From assembly GCF_947568905.1 (NCBI RefSeq), contig NC_079173.1, forward strand, positions 36,332,001 to 36,396,000: a stretch of DNA of 64,000 nucleotides, read 5' to 3'. The notes beneath the pieces are model-generated. The model made no database searches and was not told where the DNA came from. It saw nothing but the letters and a program-made list of their open reading frames with translations. The stretch comes from Ostrea edulis (taxonomy: Eukaryota). The stretch's first letter is position 1; each line of letters starts with the position of its first letter. Positions 1-11,300 of this stretch are shown here, piece by piece. A program made the position numbers and the translations under genes.

Positions 1-224
1 CTTGTCCCAAAGATGCTTCTTACCAAATTTGAAGAAAAAATGGAATGGCAGTTGTCAAGAAGTTAAAAATATTCATTTGTTAGCACATTCAATAACTGAC
101 CATTTCCCCCCACCCTGATACCAAAACCTCAACCAATGGGATCATGAAATTTACAATTTTCGTGCAAAGTTATAAGGTGAAAATAACAGTGATATTCATT
201 TTGACCCCACTGTAATATCAAATC

Positions 225-470
225 CCTCCTTGGCCGAGTGGTTAGAGCATTGCGCTCAAAATCACACGGCCTCTCGCCTCTGGTCGGCGCGGGTTCGAGT
301 CCCGGACGCTCGCGCCGGTAACAGCGAAAGTTTCCCAGTTTCCTTTCGGAAGGTCGGTGGTCGCTTCGCAGGTACAGTGTACCTAGGTTTTCTCTTCCAC
401 CATTAATAACTGGACGCCACCAGATAATTGAAAAATTGTTGAGTATAGCGGAAAACAGCAAACAATCAAA
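225..470 (+). mobile_element. tRNA-derived SINE (V-domain-like bivalve SINE), copy 1
   Basis: Pol III A box (TGGCCGAGTGG) and B box (GGTTCGAGTCC), followed by a non-tRNA body that recurs almost identically at 27273 and 41927, and a CAAT-type tail. The V-domain assignment is from recollection of family consensus, not a search. Confidence 0.8.
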
Positions 471-599
471 CCCCTACCCCTGGGATCATGGAATTTACAA
501 TTTCGATAAATGACCACTTGCTCTTTCTATATATCAATTGAGTTTCACTTTTGTATTAACAGCAATAAAGAGAATGTTATCAAATGTTTTACAAATAAA

Positions 600-702
600 C
601 ACTATATACCAAGTTTGACCCTGCCCTAGAGTCAGATCCTCTGCCTCGGGGATCATGAAATTTACAATTTAAGTAGAGACCTTCCTTCTCTGCATCACAA
701 TG

Positions 703-749
<47 letters not shown>

Positions 750-992
750 GATGTGCGGTTGTAGAGAAGAGTTTGGGTATTGGTCAGTTTTTGCCCTGCC
801 CCTAATACTCTAGGGGTACAGGAATCCTGAAATGTACATTTCATGTCCCTCTTGTCCCAAATGTTTCATACCAAATTTGAAAAGATTTGGTAATCATCAT
901 GAAGTATCAAAAATGTTTAATTGTTAACACACATCAGAGACGCACAGCGGATGACGACGGGCGCTGACCTATTGCAATAGGTCACCTGAGTT
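600..992 (-). repeat. Helentron/pearl-like non-autonomous dispersed repeat (related pieces at 1-190, 3585-4070, 4800-5300, 35730-36240, 57320-57730, 63640-63790)
   Basis: Recurrent motifs GGGATCATGAAATTTACAATTT and TTGTCCCAAAGATGCT..TACCAAATTTG, plus the terminal palindrome AGGTCACCTGAGT..CTCAGGTGACCT (seen at about 980, 5272-5298 and 28585). Superfamily is inferred. Confidence 0.55.
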
Positions 993-1283
993 TACACAAC
1001 AGTTCAGAGTTTGAAATGCCGAGGTGACTGCATCACAATCTTCTCCTCTCTAGCACCTTTATTTATTTTAAAACTATAAACATGCCTGTCTATTGACGTT
1101 AGGTGATGCTAATCTAACACCCTATATTTCTGGTAGATGTCAAAACGATAACGAATGAAAATACGCCAAGGCAAGGTCAAGGTTATTATGCATTTATAAA
1201 GACATGTCATTCACCAGTGCGAAATAGTGTCTACATGGATCTTGTCCCAACACACTCTGTTAATCACTAGCTGACTAGACAAC

Positions 1284-3394
1284 ATGATGAACTGGAGACG
1301 TAAATCCTATTTGTTTCAGTTTGTGTCTTTAGTCTTGTGTTCGGAGCGGATACTCGTAGCGGGTGAAAACTTTACGTTTACTGGAAAGAGCATTGCTGAT
1401 AGTAAGAGTGATCGCGCGGATGATGAATTAGGTGTGGACCCCGGCTTTGATCTTTTCTTTGCTTCTAATGACCGGGAAATGGAAAATGTTCCAATTTACT
1501 TCGCCGAACCTCTACCATCTTGGTTAAAAGGCACATTGGTAAGTAATATTTCGGTGTTATTGTTCAAGTCTTAAATAAAACATATTGTTTAGTTAAATAT
1601 GTCCATACGTTTTGGGACGATCTTTATTTATCAATCTTAAAGATCAAATTCATACAATAATTTAAATTATATACAGAAATATGTCTCCTACCTGGGGGAG
1701 CAACTGACAATTACAACACACACTGACATCTTACTGTCTGTCCTGACTTAGGGTTACGTAAAGTGTGTGTTTGTTTTAAAAGAGAAATCACTTGCAGCGT
1801 GATAAAATTTAGTAAAACTACACTTGGACGGTCAATAGTTTGTCAATGTGACATGCCTCCGACAATGTAGATAAAATTGTGCATTATGTTTCGGCATCAT
1901 AGTTATGCCAATTTCATATAGTTTTGACATGATTATGCTTCTCAAATTATTGCACATATAATGTCTTATTTGTTTAAAATATGGTATAACAAATTCGTAT
2001 ATCTATTGTAGATTCGGAACGGACTCGGGAAGTATGAAATTGGCGGCCGGCGTTTCACGCATACGTTTGATGCATTTGCCAAGCTCAGCAGTTGGAAATT
2101 TCCCGGCAATGGCAGTATTTTCTTTTCCACAAAATTCCTCCAAAGTGAATTTTACACAGAATCTATAAAACGCAATGACATTGCTCCCTATCTCTTGTTT
2201 GAATCCGTCAATCCACCATTCAATATGATACAAAGATTAGAAGCATTGGTACGGGGTATTGACAATATGAATGTGAACGTTTATAAGTTTGGAAACGGTG
2301 ATGTGGTAGCCTTGAATGATTTCTGGAAAGTCTATAAAATAGCACCTAGTTCGTTGAAAACTCTTTTTTCAGTGTCAGCCCCTGTCAACATGCAGAAAAC
2401 CCCATCAACATTTTCGTTTCTAAATTTCCTCTCCTCTGCACATCCGCTACCGGAAATGGGAACTGCCAATCATTTGACATACTTGTCGAGTGTAAATATC
2501 ATTCCGGGTTTGAAAAGCAAAATATCACTTGTCAGAATCAAATCGTCTGAAGAGAGGGACATTATTACCTCTTGGGAGGTGGACCGCATTCCTTACATGC
2601 ATTCGTTTGCTGCAACCGAACACTACGCCATATTCTTTGCATGTCCATATTATATCAATGTAGAGAAAATGGTTCAGTATGCAATTCCAGAAAAAGCGTT
2701 AGACTGGGAACCCGACACACCAACAACTCTATATGTAGTGCACATTAAATCTGGAGAAGTGTACACTTTAAAAACGGAAAATGTTTTTATGATGCATCAG
2801 ATTAATGCTTTTGAGCAGGACAGTTCGAAAATCATCGTTGATATTTCGTCATACAGAAATCCGGACTTCGTAAAGAATTTAGAAATAAAGAATTTATTAG
2901 ACCCAGTAAAACGGAACCAGTTTGACACAAGGGCATCTGTAAGGCGATATTCCATTGATATTGACTCATTAACGGTGACATGGAAAACATTCGAGGACTC
3001 CCGAGAAGCACCGTGTGCGTCGGCCCTGGATCTCCCATCAATAAATGAAAACTTTCGATATCGATCGTATTGCTTTGCGTATGGTGTGGCTTTGAAATGC
3101 AACAACAAATCTCTGAGTGATATAGCTCTGGTCAAGAAAGACCTATGCGGCCGTGGGCAGGATAAAATGTGGAAAATAACCAATCATTATGTCGTGGAGG
3201 CGTGGTTTATCCCGACTCCAGGGGGGAGCGACGAGGATGATGGTTATCTTGTTCTTCCGGTGTTGAACGGAGAGAAAAAGTACAGTTATCTGGCTTTTCT
3301 GAACGCACGCACTATGGAGATTGTCAATTCCGCCGAGCTCCCTACCATTGTGCCCTTTAATCTTCACGGACGTTTCTTCCAAGATTTGATATAA
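1284..3394 (+). CDS. Carotenoid cleavage oxygenase, RPE65/BCO family (BCO-like), about 545 aa, 2 exons
   Basis: Exon 1 is 1284-1538 (ends WLKGTL|gtaagt). Exon 2 is 2012-3394 (ttgtag|IRNGLGKYE), giving a phase-0 intron that restores the family motif WLxGTLIRNG. Four iron-ligand His motifs are present: SAHPL, YMHSFAATEHY, MMHQINAFE, PFNLHGRFF. ATTAAA at 3473. Confidence 0.92.
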
Positions 3395-3771
3395 TATATT
3401 CAGTCACGTGAATTTTTTTTTCATATCTTCATAATGTATTGTGTGAATTATTTTGCATATAGTTTTCCTTTTATTAAAATGAATATACGTGTATATAATT
3501 TGTAAGCTTTTCATGAAAATATTTTGTACGTTTTTATGAAAAATGTTTTGTACGTTTTTATGAACTATTTATAAATGCTATGCTATTTCTAAGCCTTATA
3601 GCGTTTTTCTTCAAATGAAGGGCCATTTCCTCTTGAAAGGGAAGGTAACACAGAAACGGCAAAAATAGGGTGGGGTCATTTCAAAATCTTCCGAAGAACC
3701 ACTTGTCCAGAAAAGTTGAAATTTATACAAAAGCTTTCTGACATAGTGTAGATTTAAATTTGTTCAAATCA

Positions 3772-3804
<33 letters not shown>

Positions 3805-4552
3805 TGGGTAGGGTGAGGTCACAATAAGGAATCAAAATTTTACATGTGAATGTATAGGGGAAACCTCAAATAAAGCAAGGTTATCATCACTCAAATTAAT
3901 ATGCAAGAATCCCAGGCAGTTCAGATTCATGGAGTTCAAATCATGACCTTTGTGGGTAAGGTGGGGCTACAAAAACAGATAAAGGCTTTATGTGGGCAAA
4001 TACAAGAAAATGATTAAAACAAATCAAAACGTTTCAGCGTTGTGTTGATTCAAGTTTTTTTTATAACCCTTGACTAATATCGAAGGTCATATTATTTTTG
4101 TACTCCACGTCTTCATACATGTTTGTGCAAGATGCACGAAGGCCTTGTCGATCACCTGAGTATTAAGTTAAAGGTATCACTATCCCCATGGGCAACGAAA
4201 TCTGTAATAATTTCCCTGTTCTGCAAATCTAAAGTTTAATATTCATCTGGAACATAAAACAAAAGAGAACCAATGCTCTGAAAGTGCCTGATGATGAAAT
4301 ACCTTGGATGATATAATACATGTTATTTTAAATCTAATGACTATTTTGTACCCGCCCAAAACTCATAACTCTTGGGTGGCGAAAATCACAATTATCGTAC
4401 ACCCCTTTCTCCTTTTCCTATATATGCACCTAATTTTTCATATCAAATCAGCAAAAATTAAAGTCTTTCAAGATAAAGACAATTAATCGTTATGACTATT
4501 TTGGTCTCAATTTGGTACCAAACATAAAGTTAGTTTTTCTTACACATATGCG

Positions 4553-4796
4553 CTATCCCGTGGGGATCCGGGTTAAAACAGGTTCTCAGTACCCCCTAGC
4601 TTTTCGTAAGAGGCGACTAAATGGGGCGGTCCTTCGGATGAGACCACAAAAAACTGTGGTCCCGTGTCACAGCAGGTGTGGCACGATAAAGATCCCTCCC
4701 TGCTCAATAGCCATAAGCGCCGGCAGTGGTGATGTCTCCAAATGAGTGTAATATTTACAAGCGGGACATTAAACGGTATTCAATCAATCAATCAAT
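4553..4796 (+). mobile_element. SINE-like retroelement with non-tRNA head and Deu/Nin-like 3' body (family B2), complete insertion with TSD
   Basis: 10-bp direct repeat CACATATGCG at 4543-4552 and 4797-4806; (CAAT)n tail. The body GTCCCGTGTCACAGCAGGTGTGGCACGATAAAGA is shared with copies at 8262, 18045, 34542 and 56130. Confidence 0.8.
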
Positions 4797-5586
4797 CACA
4801 TATGCGTTTATAGAGAAGATAATTAGAAATTGGTCAATTTGTGGCAGTCCCCCAGGCCGCAGAAATCCTGAAATTTATAATTAATGCCCCCCCTCCCCCC
4901 TGTCCAAAATATGGTTTATACCAACTTTGAAAAGAATTGGAAAGATAATTATCAAAATGTTCAGCTGTTAATGCACATATTCAATTCCCAAAACCACTTT
5001 TGCCCCAACCTGGTACCAATATCCCTAATCCTGGGATAAGTAAATTTACACTTTTAGCAAAGTAAAGGGCTACCAGTACCTTCTAAATATCCATTTAGTT
5101 TCAATTTCGTATCAATAGCATTAAAGAAGATTTTATTTAGATAATTTACACAAACACTACATGCCAAGTTTGGTTTGTTTGTTTTACATGTATATTGTTT
5201 AACGTTTTGCATTGGAAGAGAATATTTTTGAATTATTTGAGCATGACGACGGCCGCAGACCAATAGTAAAAGTCATCTGGGTGACTCAGGTGACCTAATA
5301 AACACGCAACCAATGGACGGATGTAATGACGTTTTATGAAAGCGCTGAAACACCGAGATATAATTATTGTGATATGATATACAGAGGGATTGCAGGAATA
5401 GCAAGAAAGCTTTTACAATTTAAAAATGTCCTCACCCTTACAAAATATAGATACCTGTACATGTGACTTTTCATGCACTGTATACTTGATATACACACAA
5501 TCACTTAAATGTAAATGTGATGAACTTAAAGAGCAGAATAAGTTTGATCTGTGTCGCTTTTAGGATGGACATCACCTGATAAGATC

Positions 5587-8293
5587 TCAAATAGTGAGTA
5601 CTACAAGGTGTATGAGCACTGGTACTAGTCAGCTGATATCGTATTTTCTACCGTCCGATGCCGAGCTGCCGCGGTGCGGAGTATTCTGATCTGTAAATGA
5701 AATTACTCCAGACTGACATTCGTATGACACATGAACATAACACCAAATTACAGTTAGTCTACAATACCAAAATTGTTTTTTTTTCTTCTTTAACCTGCCA
5801 ATAAATTCTATTTTCGGGTCTGTTTGCATGCGTGTTTATGCATATTTTCTACGAAAAATATTGAATAATGAACCACAACTTACATTTCACTCAAATCCGA
5901 AGATTTAGGTCACATGACTGGGATTGAGAGGTACATGTATCAATGCATAATTTAGCAGTTCCAGATACAATCGGAACACCTCGCCATTTACTCCGTTGCT
6001 TCGTAAAAAGAACAAATTCTTTATATATAGTAAAGGGCGAGGGGTTCCGAATGTTCCAGACACATATGGATAATGCATCCTACGCGGCGCTTTCTGATTG
6101 TTGAATCATCCTAATTCTTTTTATTGTATTCATCTTACGAACTGAAGGATCAAAATGATACTAAACATGTACTCTATTACTAGCAAGTAAAAATGTATGA
6201 CAAGATAGACAACTCTTACATAAATGAAATACAATGATTCCTTTACCTACTGTCCTAGTTTGAATGAAGTGGTGTAACCTGCTTTCATTTTTGTATTCTA
6301 TATAGGTTTTATGAAATGTATCACTGCTCGTTATCTTCACCTGTCCTGTCTTTACTTGCATGATTTTAATTTTTCTTTTTACAATTAAATAATATCAAAT
6401 ATAACAGATACTGCAGAATTTTTATCTTACGCGAGTACTCGGTATCGCGAAATACCTCGTATACGTCAATATCGCGAAATACCTCGTATACGTCAATATC
6501 GCGAAATACCTCGCATAGGTCAGTATCGCGAAATACCTCGTATACGCCAAATCGCAAAATACCTCGCATAGGTCAATATCGCGAAATAAATCGTATAGGT
6601 CAATATCGCGAAATACCTCGTATACGTCAATATCGCGAAATACCTCGTATAGGTCAATATCGCGAAATAAATCGTATAGGTCAATATCGCGAAATACCTC
6701 GTATACGTCAATATCGCGAAATACCTCGTATACGCCAAATCACGAGAGCATAAATTCGCGAGTTCTCTATTGATCAAGACTTTTTATATGTATTTTAGCA
6801 ATATAAAAATAAAAGCGGGTAATTCTATTTTGCGAGTTATGCTTCTCACGAAATTACGCGATAATAAATTTCTCGCGTATATTTAGGCATTTACAGGGTA
6901 CTCTATATTATATTTCTGATACTCTATGTGTATCTATAATTTTGATAAAGGTTTTGAAAGATAAGAACATGTCTATTTCAATTGATTATGAATTACTCAC
7001 CAGCAATTGGTTGTGCCGCTGCTAATATAGCATACGTCTTGCTGCGAATTTCAATTTTTACATTTCCATGAAACGAAAACTGCATCCCCTTAGTAACTCC
7101 TTTTAGCAGGTGCTTTGTATGGTTTATCATTAAAATCTCACTATCAGTAGTGTTTGTGGCTGGGGATGAGCAATGAATATCCATGATGGTCACCGTGAAC
7201 CGATGCATTGATGAAATGGTCCATGAACATTGAGACATCAGATGTTCGAATCGTGGGTATGTTGGGGTACTGATATATCTCGTGGACTTATTAATCATTA
7301 GGTCTTCTCCACATTCTGTAGTAATGATGGGATCAACTTATCAGCGAACTGCTAGACTAGTGGTTTTGAAAACTTTACGAAGAAATGAAACAAGAAATCT
7401 TATCTTCGTTTACTATGACCTAAAATTGGAAATTTTGAAATCTTAATTAAGCAGTAAATATTTTTATCTAACACAGTATTAACCTGAAATACAGGTTACA
7501 GGGTGACAAAAAAAAATATAAAAGCAGATTAAACTTGTAAAATAGCTACCCGACAAAGCCTGCACGCTGTCAGTTAGTTCACTATCGTCTGCTTCCCCAA
7601 TGGCAGACATCCATACTTCAAACAGAATCCCCGGATACAACCTTGTGTTGATGAAAGCCACATTTTCATTGGATGATACGATGGTTTCTTTTACATCTGC
7701 TTGTCCATAACATCTATAATGAATTCTGTATCCTCGGACGTAAGTCGGGTTTAATGAAGGTGTCCTCCATTTCAATAGGAGTCCGTACTGCGTCGGAGTG
7801 ACTGTTAGACTCCTTGGTTTACTTGATGGTGGATCTTACAGAAATTTAAAGAAAGAAAAGCGATGAACGGTTAGAAGTACAACATAAAACTGCAATACGT
7901 ATACCGCACTGTAGGTATACATTTGAAATGTTTCCTTAGATTAGAAATCACCTGTAACAAACAACGTTACTTTTTCGTAACGAAGTCGACTTATAGAGAA
8001 GAATATATTTATAGATATACATGTACTAATGAACACATTTTATGTTAGCTGATAAATGTCGCAGGAATTTAATAAACATAACTTCCCTAAGTGAGGAAAT
8101 GTTGAATATAAAAGCACAGAGACATATATTTAATATGGATACCCACTTCCGCCCCTACCCAGGGTTAAACTAACTATATAATCAGTGTGTGTGTGAATTT
8201 TTAAAGGTCTTATGTTTGAAAATTAAAGCAAAGCAAAGATCAATGACATAAACATGTAGTTGATTGATTGTATCTTGCTTAACGTCTCTCTCA

Positions 8294-8324
<31 letters not shown>

Positions 8325-11300
8325 AGACCGGTGAAGGCTTCAAATTTAGGCCTATACTCGGCGCTTATGGTCATTGAGCAGTGAGGGTTCTTTAGCGTGC
8401 CACATCTACTGTGACACGGGACATCCGTTTTTAAGGTCATCTCCGAGGACCCGTGACATTCACACCTGATGCCAAGCGTTTGGCGATGGAACAGTCACTA
8501 CCTGTTTTAACGACTTCGGTCAGTCGCGGCCGGGATTCGAACCCCGGCTTTTTAGAAACGAACATAATCTACACAAGAAACACCACACAACAGTAAAGAT
8601 TTGATGATGACAAACATTGCTACCACCTACATAATGGCGTTAAGCTGCCACTGAAGCCTACACCAGTGTTGCTGTCGTCCGTGACAAACACTACAGTCGC
8701 TTGGTTGTCTTTTATGATGACGGGTGACTGCGTTCCTTTGCCACAGAACTTCTGGTTCATAGGAAATTCCACATAATCTTTCTGGCACATCGAAGAATTT
8801 TCCATATCGATTTTGGTGAATTGGAACTGAAATCCAATTGTAATTGTTATGAGAACAACTGAACAAGGCTTTTAGACTTATGCATAAAATCAGGAACAAG
8901 TAATTTCTCACCCCTCCCAAGGTAATATCAATGTGTTTTAAAAAGGCATTTCCATACAAATGAGATGATGAATTTGCATAATATGGATGTAAAGTAAAAC
9001 TACACTGGTATGTATTTTGAATATTGATTTTGTGTAACATACGTTTCGTGTTTTTGATTATGACATCATAATATGACGTTAGCACTGCTTGTTACGGAAA
9101 TCATTATTGATGTAATATCATTTGTGCAGTAATAACGATATTGGATGGACGATTCTGATTATTCGCGTAACAATATTCTTTCTATTCATTTTGTGTATGC
9201 CCGTGCAACGAGTCGGTCTTGTTGATATAGTTGATTTACCCTCGTAGTACGCTGCACAGTATGTCATATTTGACATTGTCAAAACAATACAGTACAATAC
9301 AGAAGAAATCTCCCATTCCAAAGAACAATCATTTCTAAAGCTAACATTGTATTAGGCGTCACCCGGGAGTGTCATACCGTACAACGGCTGTACATGTACG
9401 TCATCACTCCTTTATAGAGATCTTTCATGTATCATTTCTAAAACTTGAATAGTTTCATACCATTGGGAACAATATGTGACCTGGTTATTTCAACAACAAC
9501 AACAAAAAGAAAAATGAAAAGAAACACACACAAACTTGAAATCTTCAGCAAAAATAAAACAGGAAAAAAATCCACTCGAAATAAAAAAAAAAAAGCACAT
9601 ATCACGAACCCCCAACCCCTGAGGTAATCCTTTAGATATTTAGTTATGTGCGGAGTTTCATCTCTTAAACTCAATGTTATTTGAGAATACATTTCATACT
9701 AATGTTTTCAGGTGACATTGTCCATTGACCGTCTGACTTCAAAATCAAGTGCAACCTTCTGACAGAGACTTTCTTTGTGTTGTTTCATCTTTTAAGTTCA
9801 AACTGTGTGGGGAAAAAACTTTGTAGGTTCATACATGAATTATTCTTCAGCCATAGGGATTCTCCGTGCGAGTGTCATTGTCAATAGTCAAAGAGAGTTT
9901 GGGATATCGCTTACAGTATGTGAGCAGGTGACTCTGACCATTCAAGTCGTTTGCTCAAGTGAAGTTTCTTTGAAGCTCAAATGCCATTAGATGTTTAATC
10001 TGGAAACCCCGACAATCAGCTAGACGGGCGGACACGCCCACACAGATATCACGTTCTCCGTTCACTGATCCACATGTATGTAAGTCATTAAAATGTTAAT
10101 GTTTTATTCACCTTATACCAAATAGACTGGTCCGTCATGATATTCCACTTGCAGTAGACATTTGAAAGGTAGCCGCCATTTATCCCAGGTGATGTAATAT
10201 TAAGGCTTTGGTTATGGTGCAATTTGACCGTGTAACCACATGCTGAAAATAGACATATGTTCGCCGTCAATAGTTTGCCAATGTATAGATAACTTTAATA
10301 AAATCGAACAACTTGCTCTCTTCGTGAAAAGGTGGGGGAGGTATACTCCGAATATTGCCATAATTCACATAGTGATTGCGTGGTCCTCATGTAGAGCCAC
10401 GAGTGTTCAGACAGTATTTTAGATATGGGGTTTGCTGCACACACAGGACCACATGACATAGTAAGAGTTGATATGGTAAATCATTATCATATTTAACATT
10501 ACAGAAAAGCCTACTAAGTTTCAGTCATTGCGTACGCATGACCACGATGGAAATAAATTCCTAACATTACTGATGTGTGTATACAACAAACTAAAACACT
10601 ATCCTTGTTGCAAATACACTTTACGAAGCCAAGCTGTTTAAAAAGCAATTGTTGAATTTTCCACTGATAAACTTTGCTTGTGGTGATCTTGTGGCCGGGG
10701 CGCTCGTTTTGCAGCAAGAAGGTCTCGGGTTCAACAGTCGAGGTCGGCGCCACATCAAACCCAAGATGTTTAACATGAATGTAGGTAATGACTTTCCATC
10801 TCCGAATACCCGGTATTAGAAGTGAACATCATGGGTGAAATTTAAAACGGAGGGCCCGAGTGTTCGTTCGTTTGTTTGTACCCTACCAACCGTTGGTCAA
10901 AATTGCGGCACTTCATCTATAAGCCATTTGGAAGGAACATCTAAATGACTAGGACTATAAAGCACGGCATTAACTGTACATAATTAACTCTTCTGATTAA
11001 GTAGATCTACATGTAGCTACCTATATGTGCTGAGTATATGTAACTAATTATATATAACTTATAATATGTAACTATCAGTATGTTATTTATTATACATAAT
11101 TAGTTATATGTCGCTTAGCTATGTGTAGCTAACTGTAAGATAATAATTAACAATTACTATGTGTGACTTCTGTTTGAAACTAACTATATGTTACTACTGA
11201 TATGAAACTAACTATTTGTAATTATGTAACTATGACTGTGTATAGGTAACTATATGAAGAAATAAGTTCCCAAAGGTCAAGCTATCGATTTTCCTCCTTA

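Noticed and set aside
225-320. tRNA gene (also at 27273, 34800 and 41927)
   Set aside because: The A and B boxes are followed by a shared non-tRNA body and tail, and no clean cloverleaf or acceptor stem is evident; these are SINE heads.
707-746. Poly-T (and poly-C at 3774-3803) as retrocopy tails or regulatory tracts
   Set aside because: Both lie inside dispersed repeats at positions where other copies have short runs; they are simple homopolymer expansions or assembly artefacts.
6440-6745. CRISPR-like array or repetitive ORFs 6366-6569 and 6520-6777
   Set aside because: The units are contiguous with no unique spacers, there are no cas genes, and the context is eukaryotic; it is a minisatellite.
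9835-9999. Extra CUB half-exon with in-frame TGA codons (possible selenocysteine)
   Set aside because: Similarity to CUB is weak and there are two stops. Exon 10112-10242 splices in phase to 8631-8826 to give a complete canonical CUB, so this segment is unnecessary; at most it is a decayed alternative exon.
11000-11260. Quasi-periodic TATGTAACT region (and the AT-rich tract at 55380-55500)
   Set aside because: Decayed low-complexity microsatellite with no consistent unit or coding signal.
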